From positions 22,818,001 to 22,882,000 of the forward strand of contig CM052816.1 in the NCBI GenBank assembly GCA_028534125.1: a stretch of 64,000 nt of DNA, written 5' to 3'. Shown piece by piece: positions 26,560 through 40,097 of this stretch. The stretch comes from Lama glama (lineage: Eukaryota). Both the position numbers and the translations under genes were made by a program. Within the stretch, counting starts at the first letter, position 1. Each line of letters opens with the position of its first letter. A model generated the notes under the pieces. That model was not told the DNA's origin. It saw only the letters and a program-made list of their open reading frames with translations, and did not search any database.

Positions 26560-29370
26560 CTTCCCTGATAATTATAAATGACTGTAACAAGAAGTGTAGG
26601 AGCATGGACACCGGGAAAATACTGTTCCTGCCAGAAGCACAAGTCTGTCATCATGTACCAATTGAAAAAAACAAATAAAAGCATGATTTTATTGGGTAAA
26701 TATATAAGGATTCAAAAAAATCTGAAAAATATTGCTATGCTGAATAATGGTCAGGAAGTTTTTGTAGAAATTCCCAAAATAAGTTGTGAGAAAGTGTTAC
26801 CCTTCATGTCCCTTTTTTGGCTCGGGTTTGATTTCAGTTATTTTAATCAGTGTTTTTTCCAAGCCTAATGATGTTGTTTGCTACTCTCCCCACATTACAT
26901 CAAATAAATTTGAAAACCCTCTGAGACATTTAAATGGCAACTGCAGTAAATATTCATCATGTGGAATTAATAATGGCATCCTGAGATGTTTAGGTTTTTT
27001 TTGGTCTCTCTTTACCACAAGGAACTGTCATCCAATATGGTATTAAAAACAAGGAGGGTCATAGCTGGATTTTTTAACACACTCACAGGAGATAAAGCAG
27101 AATTGTGGGATTAACCTGGAGGCCAGGTCTAAATTACCCACTTACAAAGCTTAAAGTCTTATCAGGTATGTTGGAAAAAGCAGAGACCAGGTTGATTACT
27201 CAGACAATATTTCTAATACGAAATGAACTAAATATTATGGGCTAGCTGAAAAAATGATTATCTGCTTATTGATAATTTCTGATACAATAAAATTTCAAAC
27301 TGAATAGTTTTCTATTAATCCTAAGTATTTATCAGATTTGTCAGGTAAAAACAAAACTTCCCAGTCCAATGTTAATTATATACAGCAAATGACAGAGTTT
27401 TGCAGAATGATGTTATGTGATTTCTGATTTATGGGAAAAGCTTTATCTTGAGTGGCATTCAGTAAGCGTATCTTGTTTATTTGTTATTATCAAGTGTAAC
27501 AGAGAAAAACAAAGAAAAGGGGGCAAAACGTAATAAAATCAAACAGAAGACCTGAGGTCACTGAAATTTTTTAAAATGTGCTTTCCGGTTGGGTGGTGAT
27601 TATTTTGGTCTTTCCTACTTAAAATAAACTTTAAAAGCTAGAAAAACAACTAGATCTGCCAATTGTTGTGGTCACTTTTATTCCTTCCACTCTTCTCATT
27701 AACATATACTTGGAAAAAAAGTGACAGTAATTGTAGTTTCATGTGTGAAATTCATTTTACTGAACTGTTTGGAAATTTCTAAGTTTTAGGCTAGTGTGAT
27801 ACCAAAATTAATATATTTAAATTTTGTTTGTTTCTAGTAATCACTAGGAGATTTTTAAAATGTGTAATTTCCAAACGATTACAATAAATAGAAAAGAAAC
27901 AAGGAAGACCCAACGAGTTAGTGAAAGGCAGGAAAGATAAAAAAATAAAAAAAAACTTGCAAAACTTCAAAAAAACAACAATACAGGTCTTCACAAATCC
28001 ACAGTGTCAGTTAGACTGACTTTACAGGCTATTTGGGACACAATTCACATACTATCTCCTTTTCAGCCTTTCCTTAAAACTCCATTAAATATGGAGATTA
28101 AAGGGTCCAATGGTTCCATTTTCTTGGCAAACAGAAGAGTTTCCATTTTGTCAAACATTCGAAAATTAAATGTTGGTATTTTTCATACAATTATTGTCAA
28201 GAAACATTTCCTTAGGGATATCAAACTGGCTTCCACTGGAAGGGACTCAAAAAACACATTTGTCCACTTGTTCTGCCTCCAGAGACTGTTTCTCTTTGCA
28301 ACCTCTGTACCAACTGGCAGTGAAAACACATTTGAACAAATTAAAACTAACAATCTGTGCAACAGACACCCACTGTCTTTCAGAATAGGCCAAAGAAATG
28401 TCACTGGGGCCATTGCTACAATTTAAATTTAGACGCAGTTAGACTTTGACCCCTGCTTTATTTGCTGAAATTTGATTTGTTTGCTGCCATTTGTTGAAGA
28501 TTCTTCTACTTCACCAGAATGTTTATTCTAGAGGCACCAAAAGAACTGTTCTTATAAGAATATATGAATTTTCAGAGACTCTTTGTGAGCAAAGGGGTCC
28601 ATCTTTTCTCACCTTCTAATGATGTGTATGAGTGAATATACACAAATAATGGGGCCAAGCTAAAGTTTCCAAAGATATCTATGGAAAAATTAAAGTTTTA
28701 TAAAGAAATTAAAGTAGAAGTATTACCTCTACTAGTAACTGTAGGTTAATGTTTTCTAGAGAAAGCTGAATGAAACAACACAAAGGTAAAGTGAGATGAA
28801 GATCAAAACAGGTTTGTTTTTTTTTTTCTGTCTTGGTGAAAGAAAATAGTCCTATCTGACAACATACATTAGAATTTGTACAAGTCTTAGTTCATTTTGA
28901 TTAAGAAATTATCTGGATGAACTTTAAAGGCCCTAGGGAAGAACTGGAAGCTCAATACACATGAGGTGTTATTATAATCTACTGGCAGCTGGAAAGGAGA
29001 TTAGAAGTCAAGCTTAGAATAAGTCTGAGGGAAAAGTCTCACAATACAGGTGACCAGAAAGTGTAAAGGTAGAAGTAAAGAGTGTTCCTCAGTAGACTGA
29101 TAGAGAACACACAGAAGAGACTATTTATGAATAATGAAATTTAACAAGAAGTATGTAAGGAAAGAATATGCCCCTGGTGATCTAGCCATGAAATGAATCA
29201 CTGATGCTTTATTTTTTGTACAAATGAGCAAGAATAAGAACTCATAATATTAAATGGTACATCACCATAAGTACTTTCATTCACTAGTGATTATAGTACA
29301 CATTTTACAAGTGTCAAAATCAAGGATATCAAGAAACTTTTTGTTATTTACCCCAATGAATTCACTCTGT
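26560..29370 (+). pseudogene. Near-continuous fossil collagen coding block (~2.6 kb)
   Basis: GHR(G)NT(G)PA(G)ST(G)LS; GQE(G)FV(G)IP; exon 27089-27165 (G)DK(G)E..RPGLN; IKGSNGSI; GQR(G)VTGAI(G)TI; (G)FKGPR(G)EL(G)AQ. Confidence 0.85.
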
Positions 29371-29596
29371 ATACTTATTTACCATTATTTATTTTTGTGA
29401 AATGAGAAAAAAATCTAAATAATAAGGGAATGACCAAATTATCCTCGTGGATATCCTCAAAGATATCCTCAATACTATGTTAAAGATGCATAGTAAATTT
29501 CTAGTGATATGAAACTTTTACAATGCTCCAAAGATAAACTAAGAAAATTTGGCACAAAAACTTACATATAAAGTTTGATCAAAACTATGTAAAATA

Positions 29597-29884
29597 CAAT
29601 GGAATACTACTCAGTGATAAAAAAAGAATAAAATAATACCATTTGCAGCAACATGGATGGACCTGGAGATCATCATTCGAAATGAAGTAAGCCAGAAAAA
29701 GAAAAATACCATATGATAACATGTATATGTGGAATCTTAGAAAGGAAGGTAGGAAGGGAGGAAGGCAGGCAGGCAGGCAGGCAGAAAGAAAGGAAGGAAG
29801 GAAGGAAGGAAGGAAGGAAGGAAGGAAGGAAGGAAGGGAGAAAGAAAGAGAGAGAGAGAGAAAGAGAGAGAGAGAAAGAGAGAA

Positions 29885-29931
<47 letters not shown>

Positions 29932-29944
29932 AAGAAAGAAAGAG

Positions 29945-30003
<59 letters not shown>

Positions 30004-30371
30004 AAAGAAAGAGAAAGAAACAAGACACTAGTGAACTCATCTACAAAACAGAAATAGACCTACAGACATAGCAAACAATTTTATGGTTACAGGGGTAAAG
30101 ATGGTGGGAAGGGACAAATTTGGGAGTTTGAGATTTGCAAAGGTTAACCACTATATATAAAATAGATAAAAAACAAATTTCTTCTCTATAGCACAGGAAA
30201 CTATATTCACTATCTTGTAAAAACCTATAATGATATAGATTATGAAAACGAATATGTGTGTGTATATATATATATGTATATATATACACACATATATATA
30301 TGAATGACTGGGACATAATGCTGTATACCAGAAACTGACACATTGTAACTGACCATACTTCAATTAAAAAA
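29597..30371 (+). mobile_element. Young L1 3' end with an internal purine microsatellite
   Basis: Perfect 16-bp TSD aaaactatgtaaaata (29581-96 / 30372-87). Confidence 0.92.
29741..30020 (+). repeat. Compound (GGCA)(GGAA)(GA)(GAAA)n microsatellite
   Basis: Read directly from the sequence. Confidence 0.97.
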
Positions 30372-30699
30372 AAAACTATGTAAAATAAACCACAATCTAT
30401 GCATAGCAACACATCAAAATGGTTAGTGAAGTTTTTTTCAGTTGATACCATTAATGATACATATTTCTCTTTTTATTTCCTATATCTTATAAATTATAAA
30501 TCTTACAGTACACTTTATTTTTATAAAATGTAAAGTTTTCAATAGGATCACTTAGGCTCTGTAAAAATGTCCATTTAATTCCCTTTCCAGATATTATCTT
30601 ACATTACTGCATTTACTTACTTCTCTTCAGATAAAAATTTTTATAGTTCCCTCAGCTTCTATCATGCCTGCTTCATCTTTAGCCTGGATTTAAATGAAT

Positions 30700-31715
30700 C
30701 AAAAAAGAAATCAAGCATAGTACAAAAAAAAATTATCAAACCACAAAAAGACAAACAAAAACAAAAAAAAGGAACAAAGAAGAAATACAAAATCAACTGG
30801 AAAACAAAATTTAAAATGGCAATAAACACACACCTATCAACAATTACCTTAAATGTCAGTGAAAAACCTAAAAAAACCAGTGGATCAATGATGAAATCAA
30901 AGAGGAAATTAAAAAATATCTTGAGACAAAATGACAATGAAAACACAACCACACAAAATCTACGGGATGCAGCAAATGCACTCCTAAAAGAGAAGATCAT
31001 AGCAATACAAGCCTTCCTCAAAAGACAAGAATAATTTCCAATAAACAACCTAATCTACCACCTAAAAGAATTAGAAGAAGAAGAACAAACAAAACCTTAA
31101 GTTAGCAGAAGGAAAGAAATAATAAAGATCAGGGAGGAAATAAATAAAATAGAGATTAAAAAAACAGGAGAAAAAATCAATCAAACCAAGAGCTGTTTTT
31201 CTGAAAGAGTAAACAAAACTGACAAAGCTTTAGCCAGGTTCACCAAGAAGAAAGGAGAGAGGACACAAATAAACAAGATGAGAATGAAAGAAGAAATACA
31301 AAAGATCATAAGAGAATACTAGGAACAACTATATGGCAATAAATTGGACAGCTTGGAAGAAATGAACAAGTTTCTAGAAACATACAGTCCACCAAAACTG
31401 AATCAAGAAGAAATAGATAATTTGAACAAATCATGAGAAATAGAATCAGTAATAAAACAAATAAAAAAATTTAAAAAAAACTCCTGCAAACAAAAGTCCA
31501 GGACCAAATGGCTTCACTAGGAAATTCTACCAAACATACGAAGAACTTAAAGGGACACAGAGATGGTTCAACATACGCTAATCAATCAATGCGATAGACC
31601 ACATCAACAAAAGAAAGGGAAAAAAAATCACATGGTCATTTCCACAGATGCGGAAAAAGCATTTGATAAAATTCAACATCTAGTCATGATAAAAACTCTT
31701 ACTGACTTCAATAAA
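30700..31715 (+). mobile_element. L1 ORF1-end/ORF2 fragment with internal deletions
   Basis: MAINTHLSTITLNV (ORF2 start), TTQNLRDAA, NHMVISTDAEKAFDKIQH. Confidence 0.88.
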
Positions 31716-31884
31716 AAAAGTACCAACCAGTCAAAAAAAAATCAACTGATAAACAATGAACACCACAGAATAATCATTTTGCTAATCTTCTCACCTCCCA
31801 GATCAGATCTTTTTCTTTAATTAACTGGATTATTTGACATTGTATTGCTTCCCCCAATAGATGCACTTCATCTTTTAAATACAC

Positions 31885-32527
31885 ATTTTAAAACTGAAGT
31901 ATAGTTGGGTTACCATGTTATGTTAATTTCTTATGCACAGCATAATGATTGCATTATACACATATATATTCCTTTTCATTATAGACTATTACAAGGTATT
32001 GAATATAGTACCCTGGGCTATACAGTAAGATCTTACTATTTCTCTCTTTTATAAATAGTAGTTAATACCTGCAAATTCCAAACTCCCAATTTATCCCTCC
32101 ATCCCCCTTTTCCTCCCTGGTAATCAGGTAATCACAATTTTGTTTCCTATGTCTGTGAGTCTATTTCTGTTTTGTAACAGAGAGTTCATTTGTGTCATTT
32201 TTAAAGATTCCACATATAAGTGATATCATATGTTATTTTTCTTTCTCTTTCTGGCTTACTGAACTTAGTATGGAGATTTCTAGATCCATCCACATAGCTG
32301 CAAATGGCATTATTTTATTCTTTTTATGCCCAAGTAGTATTCCATTGTGTGTGTACGTGTGTGTATGTGTATATACATATATACATCTTCTTTATCCAGT
32401 CATCTGCCAATAGACATTTAGGTTGCTTCCACATCTTGGCTATTTTCTCCCAATATATGCCCAGGAGTGGGACTGCTGGATCACACGGTAAATCAGCCAT
32501 TATGGAAAACAGTTTGGAGATTCCTTA
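31885..32527 (-). mobile_element. L1 3' end with a short inverted 5' piece (32490-32527 on +)
   Basis: Antisense 3'UTR followed by sense-strand cagccattatggaaaacagtttggagattcctta. Confidence 0.8.
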
Positions 32528-34751
32528 ATATACTCTTCAACCAAGACACACTTTAAGTAAGCATATTACCATCAAATATGATAGAAATATCAAATAATAT
32601 AGGAGAGTGTCATGCACGTGTCAGTTTATAAAAACCTCCACAACACTCAAACGTAGTTTTTGAGGCTATCAACAACAGAAACAACCCCAAAACAACCTAT
32701 CCCATTAAACTTGGAATTTAGTTTGCTCCCTTCTTCCTTAATTTTCTGAACTATTTCATCTCACTGTAAAGTTTAAACTCTCCTCAGTTTCTACATAATT
32801 ATTTTAAGAGAGTCCTTCCTTGGGTAATGAACTAAGGTAACCAATACAATGATGCCATCTATTTGCACCGTCTTTTATGCATACAAATAGTAATGTGTCT
32901 AGCACAGTTAACACAGCCAGAGAGTACAGGTCAACTGAACTCCTTACTTGTTGGACTAAGAGTCACAGATCTTATTTAATTTTTCTTAATTACGCTAGTT
33001 GAGATGCATAATGGCCAACATTCTACTACACCTCTAAATCCTAATGACTTAAAAATGGGTGTCTAAATTTTCTTAGTCCTATGCTTAGTTCAAATAAAAA
33101 TACAGAAAACAAATGATTGCCTCTTACTGGTCAAATGTGACTGATAAAAATAGTTCAATGCTCATTAAAATTTATTTTAAAAAGCAAGAGATTTTCTTTT
33201 TACACAAATTCTGTTTACACATAATTAAAGATCAAAACCAAAATAGTCCAATAGGAGAATGAAAAAAAAAACTACAACTGATTGGTATAACTGCTCCTAT
33301 TTGCTCAATGACAATCCAAGTTCTGTTTATATACAGTAGATATTTCAATTTATTAAAGTCTGAGGTCATCATGGAAGTAAAAAATTAAGTCAAATGGAAA
33401 CCACAAGTGCAAAACATATGTCATTTGTATAATAATATGCCATAAAGCAGTTTCTCATGATTAGGACTTTATATTGATGGCCCCTGATCTTTAATTAGCC
33501 ATCTACAATTTTTGAGCAAATTATCAAATGGGAAAGGAAGCAGGAAGGTCCTGTCCTCATTAAAGAGACAATGAATAGAACCAAAGGATGTGTATCTGTT
33601 CTACATAAACTGCAGGTAGTATGGCCCGCAGTTTTACTAATGACACTTCTATAATAAATATTGCCCATTCCCTATTTTTTGTTTGTTTTCTTTGGTTCTT
33701 TTATCACTCTCTTCCCATAGTTAGCTTTGAAGAATAAAGAAACAGACAATCGGGTAAAGAATATAACAAGAGCATTGGATGTGGCATCAATTGGCCAGCT
33801 CTGCTTAGTTGTTGTGTAACCTAGACCAGCTATTACTTTTCCAAAGCTCAGCATCTACATCTAATAAATATTATCTGTGTACTTCTCAGTAATTTTGAGT
33901 CTCAATAAAACTATGTTAGTACAATCATACTGAAATAGTAATATCAAATCATTTTACCTTATCTTTTTTGTTTGCTTACAGCATTCAGTCTCAGTATATA
34001 GAAGCTTACTAATAATTATTTTAATATTTTAATAATGCCTATATATAGAGTGGCTATATAAATTTTTGCCCAAATATGTAATAATTACTCCAGACAGTAT
34101 GTGTATGGTTAAACAACTTACAACTACTGAGCTGGATGAGTTTTCAGCACAGTATTAAATAAAATTAGTAACAACAAGTAATTTAACATTTTAAAATTGC
34201 TTACTTGCCAATGCCATGTATATGTAAAAGAACTGAAATGGAAGACTACTGTCATTATTTGAACAATTCCATACAAAACACTGTTTCTGTTTCTTTCACA
34301 AGTAAATGGCTTTTGAACTCAATTTCGCCTTTTTTTCTTTTAAGTGCAGACTCAGTCTGCATTTCACTAATTCTGTTTCCTAAAAACGCTGCTTAGTACT
34401 GTGCATAAATTCTCCATCGTAAGTAACAATCCTATGTAGTAAGTGTTACCATCTCCATCTTTCATTTAGAAAAACTGAGTTCCAAAAGGTTACACAAGGC
34501 TTTCTCTGAAACATAAATAAGCTACATTCTCAAAACTATGTACTACAATAAAGATGTACTCCTTAAAGCTGTAATGAAAACAGTTTGCGTGAATTTAAAG
34601 CCAATGTACTGAAATACTACTCTGTATCAATTACTAATATAGTGTCTGGCATAAAGAAATTCATCAAAAATGGTCACTACGATTGTCATTAATAACATTT
34701 GTAATAATCACACAAAATCACAAGGAATAGAGTCATGATAAGAGACTATTA

Positions 34752-34962
34752 ATAGATTGGGATTTCAAAATTGTAGAATAGATAAACAAGATTACATGTA
34801 TAGCACAGGGAAATATACACAAAATGTTACGATAACTCACAGAAAAAAAATGTGACAATGAGTGTCTATGTGTCCATGAATGACTGAAAAATTGTGCTGA
34901 ACACTGGAATTTGACACAACATTGTAAAATGATTATAAATCAATAAAAATTGTTAAAAAAAA
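34752..34962 (+). mobile_element. Young L1 3' end
   Basis: Near-identical to the reverse complement of 13080-13285; AATAAA and A-tail. Confidence 0.88.
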
Positions 34963-37149
34963 AGATATTTTCATTTTATACTATTATCAAGAATATTCAA
35001 ATGATCTTTTGGACAGAATAATGAAAAGCTAATTACATGGCAAATTAGAGTGCTTTTTTTCTCATAATTTTACTGGTCACTTATATGAATGCTGTAAATT
35101 AATCAAATTTCCTGGGCTCTAGCAGTATATCAGAATAAAACTGCCTAGAGTATTCTTTCTAGAGAGACCATTACATTGCAGGACCATTAGATTAACAATT
35201 TCATTGTGTGAGAGGAAAGAGAAAGTCACTTAATTTATAAAAGTGATAAATTACTTCAATTCAAAATTGAATTAATCAGTAAGTACATATTTTAGGAAGA
35301 ATAAAGTTCAAATCTTCAAAAGACAGAGCTTCTTGTAAAAACAAGACTGTCCATTATTTTCAATTTAATGAAACATCAAATATTATCAATAGCAGAATAT
35401 TTGTTAAATTCATATTCTTTTTAAAATAGTTTTAGAAAGCAACTAGATATTAAAACTCCAATATATCTATTTTCTTTTTTACTACTCCACTAAAAATAAC
35501 TAGCAAAAGACACATTTGTTTGACTTTTAGACAATGTGGATAGGAAAACACAATGATCAGGAATTTCCAAAAACACATTCGGAAAAAAAAAAAGTTTTCC
35601 CCTTTAACAAAATTAATGAACACATTCACTGGAACTGTGCCAAAGCTTCACAAACTGTTTACTATTTAAAGTTGCTAGCTGGAGTTTCTGGCAGGTTATT
35701 CCAAACATGAACTTCATCTTACTTGTATCTGGAGCTGTTACTAATGAACCTGATAAACTTGAGGCCACGTACTCAACTGTGCCCCATGTTCTCCCCCATG
35801 ACTTGACTGGTGGCACAAAGACAAGAGATGTGAACAGCTGCATGCTGAATCCAAGATTTAGAGAGCAGAAAAGAAGGGATCAGCCAAGTGCTCATCTCCC
35901 TGGGAGCACTGTGAAGTTCCTGAACTTGCACAGCTTAATTAGACCATACACACTCAATTAGAAAATAATTAAATTAGTTCATGGTTTTTTGGAAGGTGTT
36001 TTTTGTTTTTTGTTTTTTTCACATTGATCCCAGTTGCTCCTCAGATGAAGTGACTACATATGGCAACAGCGTCATGAGAGGCCTGGCTTATTGCAGGAAT
36101 CAGGAAATGAAGGAATTTTTCCCAAAGGAGGCACCTAAAAAGTATTTTTAATAATACAGCCCTAGGACAAATCTTGTTATGGCATCTTCCCAGGTGCCCA
36201 GTTTGCTAGCACACCTCCCTTCCCAATGAGTATTCTATTTCCTCAGATTCCCTCCTCACCTACTTAGTTGGCTGCCTCTGTCTATTACTTTGTGCTATCA
36301 ATAAATTTTTCCTAAGGTGTTTATTACAGTAGACCTGGTAAGGAAATAACCTATACAGGAAGTCATCTGATTTTTCCACTGAAAAAAGCCTGTCGTTCAG
36401 AGCTGCCCAAGAGGCTTGTGCTACCTCCAAAACTGGGTCAGCTCAGGCCACTTGTCTTTCTGAGAGCTGGTTTTAGTGTAACTAACTGCTACCTTCCTCT
36501 TGATCACAAAAGAGAAAGTCTCCTTTCTCCTAGTCACGCAGAACAAAATAAATGAACTGTATTACCACTGAATTTTTATGAGCCCACTAACAGCCTTATT
36601 CCTGTGTAAGGAGGAAATTCTCCACCTACTTTGGCAATCCACTGCACTAACCCACAGCATTCCTTAGAATGATAGTCACTGCTCTCAACAATCACTGAAG
36701 CTAAATTTGGAAATTCATTCATTTGCCTAGATTTCTTTGGGTTGTTTCAGCAACTCTGGAGCAGTGAAGACGGTGATTTAGGATTTTAACATAACTGTGC
36801 TATGGGAAATAACACAGGTGACCTAGACTACATTAAATTTACTGCTTCGGTTCTACTGGAATATAGAATGGTTGTCTGCACTACAGTACAAACACTCACA
36901 CCGGCACATCTGTGTAGGTAATGGAGTTGAGTTATAATGGGTTCTCATGACAAGTGGCACATTTTTAATCTTAAACTATTTAAAAAAATTTTTTTTCTAG
37001 ACCAGTTTACTGAAGAAAGTGGAACAAGTTTAGCTCATATCTTATTCTACTGATATTAAGAGCATAAATTATAGAACATTAATTCAGGCTAAGGAAAATA
37101 ATTAGATTCAGTATGAGGAATTAAAGTGGTAAATATTTTTAGTTTTTAA

Positions 37150-38010
37150 CATAATTATGATAATAAGGAAACTTCAGTTTTTATACATGCCAGGCACTAT
37201 GCTAAGTGCCACACACAAACTATTTCATTATTGCTTTCAGCAACACTGTGAGTTAGTTTCTAATATTATCTCTATTTCTAAAATGAAATTCAGAGAAATT
37301 AAGTCCCTAGCTCAAAGTACACAACAAAAAAGTGACAAATCAGGATTACAACACAGGTCTGCCTTTGGGACATCAGAGATAAGGCTTATAGGATGTAAAG
37401 ATCTTACCTCTCTGTCAATACTCTGCATTTCTCCCCTAGTTGCCTGTGTCCCAATCACTCTGGCCTTCATTCAGTTTCTCATACTCTCCATGGTCCTTCA
37501 TAAATCATGACCTCTTCATATAATGTTCCTACTACTGGACTTAGCCCATTATAATATTTTATAAACATGTATTTACTGTGATTATTTGATTAATTTCTTT
37601 CTCCATTATCACCAAAGACCAAGTACTATGTCTATTTTGCCTACGATTATTTGAGAAGAAATAGTATGGAGTGGTACTCAAAGCATGGGTTTTGGAGCCT
37701 CCCTGGATTCTGACTTTGCTAGTTTATGTTACCATGGGTAAACTATTTAATTTTTGCCTCAGTGTTGTTGTCTATAAACTGGGGATAGCCATAACATCTA
37801 CTTCATTAGCAGTATTGAGGAGTAAACAGATACAAAAAAAAATCACAAACATTTAAACCATATGTTAGCACTGGCAAGACTTAGTAAGAATCAGCTATTA
37901 TTTGTCTATTCCTAACAACTGTCACAGTGCTGGTTAGATTGCATTAGATAGTAGGCACTCTACACATATTTTTTTAATAAATGCACACATGCACGCATAC
38001 ATAATGAAAG
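37150..38010. mobile_element. MIR/L2 cluster (MIR ~37150-37360, L2 ~37410-37650, MIR ~37655-37900, L2 end) enclosing a 45-nt collagen remnant
   Basis: MIR core motifs tgccaggcactatgctaagtg and gcctcagtg..tctataaa.tgggg; 37367 GTS(G)IR LI GCK(G)LT lies between them. Confidence 0.65.
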
Positions 38011-39284
38011 AATGACTAAATCTTTCAGCATTATCCCAGTCTTCTTTGGTTTTATTACATTACAGCTATTCAAGCTTTGAGATCATATACCAAAAATTTA
38101 GCCAAGGATTAGTGCTACTTAATCCTGCATCAAGGAACAGACATCATCTCTGGGTGCTCTTGAAAAGTTCTTGCTTTGGAGTTTAGAGGCCAGAAATCTG
38201 ATCCCAACACTCTTAAATGAATAACTTAGTGTTATGCTTTGGTACTAGCATCTTTAAAATATTTTTTTCCTTCTAAGAAAATGAGAAAGAATACAGAAAA
38301 TTCATTGACAACATCTGAGCTCAGAAAATCTTTGGGTATATTCAGCCTTACACTTATGAAACAATGGCATCCCCTTCTGATAACCACACTGCACATGAAG
38401 ATTTCATAACAATAACAACACATTATTGGGCACTTACCATGTTTCAAGGATTTAACATACACAATCCCAAATCATCACAACAACCCTGCAGGGGAACTGG
38501 CATTATTTCAATTTTATCAGGAAGAAACTTCATAGAAGTTATGGGACTTGAGCAAGTGCACAGAGCAAGAAAAGGAAGGGATGTGATGGGAAAACTATAG
38601 TGCCTTACTTTTATTATTGTATATGTTACTCCTTATTCAGTAGTTAAATTAACATAAATACCTTCTAAAGGAAAGATAACTGTTAAAAGGTGACACAACA
38701 TATTGAAGGCAATTAGTAAAGATGTTAAAAATATCATCGGTAAATGTGGTTTGCCATCAAATGTCAAAGATATAAAAATAATACTAAAATATTTTTGGCA
38801 TCTTTACTGGACATCCCATCTTTGGCAACAAGCTAAGGCAATAGTTTTACTCATGTTTCCTCAGGAACATAGCTAAGATTTAGTGGGTAGATTAAATTTA
38901 GCGGGGAGCTACTGTATGCAGCTGTCTCATAGAGCAGATGTTAGATCCTGTCATTGTCACATTTGCAGAAAAAAATACACTTTCATTGGCTTTACTGTGT
39001 GAAAGAGTAAGATCTTTCCTAACAGAGGAGCCTTGGAGGCCATCTGTCAAAGAGGCAGAGCCTATTCCCAAGTTGACTACAACAGCACCAAAAGTATTTA
39101 TTCATACTGAATCTTAAAGTCATATGACCAGGTTTTAATCATGACCCCATCATAATTTTATCCTGGCAGACAAGAATAAACTGCCCCAGCTAAGAAAAGC
39201 ACTGAGGAGAGAATCCAGATAACTAAGTTTCGCTTTTGTTTCTCTAAGTTGGAGTCAGTTACATAGTGATGCTCACAGACCCAC

Positions 39285-39771
39285 TGCCCAAAACAGCCTT
39301 AATATTCCCCTCAGCTTGACTAAACTTTAGATAAAATCCTGCCTATAGGATCCTAAGCTCCCTTTTCCTAGAGTGTTTACTTTAGAAAATTTGGAATTAC
39401 AAATGCTTTCTCTGCCCCTATGAGATGGGAATCTTCTCCCAGCCTCTTGTTTTAAAACCCAAGAAAGTCTTTGTCAAGGCTCTGGGAGCCACTGCTCCCA
39501 CGGAAATGGGCCTCAACCCCTATCACCCAGTTTCTGTGGGAGGGGAGGAGCTAAAATTCCATAAGTGCCAGGCAGCAAATACAAATGGTCTAACCGCAAT
39601 GACCACCTTCTCCACCTCCTCCTTCCTCTAGTACTTTTCCGCAGCTCACTTCAGTGCTTAAAAACTCTCCTATCTTTTTTTCCCCCAGCAGGAGCTGAGT
39701 CCCCTCTTGCAGTAGACTTAAATTAAGTTTTCCATACCTGTTTAAGTGTCAGGCGCAATTTTTCTTTGACA
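39285..39771 (+). mobile_element. ERV1 solo LTR (MER31/MER67-like)
   Basis: TG...CA ends; TSD ccac/tcac; cttgactaaactttag motif. Confidence 0.7.
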
Positions 39772-40097
39772 TCACAGAGCAGTTTTTCAGAAATATACTG
39801 CATGGTCAACTTTCTACCAGCTTTATATTCCATTCTAGAATCTAATTGCCAAAAGATTTGTAACATCCACTTCAGCCATAATACTCTATTCTCTCTTACC
39901 AACTTTGTATATGACTCCAACATAGAGCCAACAACACTAAGTTATGAATATTTTTTTGTTCCATTGGACTGTGAACTACTGGAAGGAAGAGAATGTTTTT
40001 ATTCATTTTTCTATTCCCCGTGTCTAAGCGAGTGCCTGCAAGACACACTCATATCACTCTAGGGGAGCACCCAGGCAACCTTTTAGTACCTTATGCA

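Larger units (their letters stand above)
32530..40097 (+). pseudogene. Fossil collagen coding tract interrupted by MIR, L2, L1 and an LTR
   Basis: 33284 GIT(G)PI(G)SM(G)IQ; 35800 (G)LTGGT..(G)FR(G)QK; 36026 (G)PS(G)SS(G)EV..GNS(G)MRGLA; 36770 GDLGF; 38740 GKCGLP. Confidence 0.85.

Noticed and set aside
28090..28135. MEIKGSNGSIF as a fibrillar-collagen C-propeptide (COLFI) motif
   Set aside because: Better explained as (G)IK-GSN-GSI helix; no COLFI cysteines or WIDPN motif, and helix sequence continues for 35 kb.
29585..30071. Lys/Glu/Arg-rich and Leu/Ser/Phe-rich ORFs
   Set aside because: Translations of the microsatellite.
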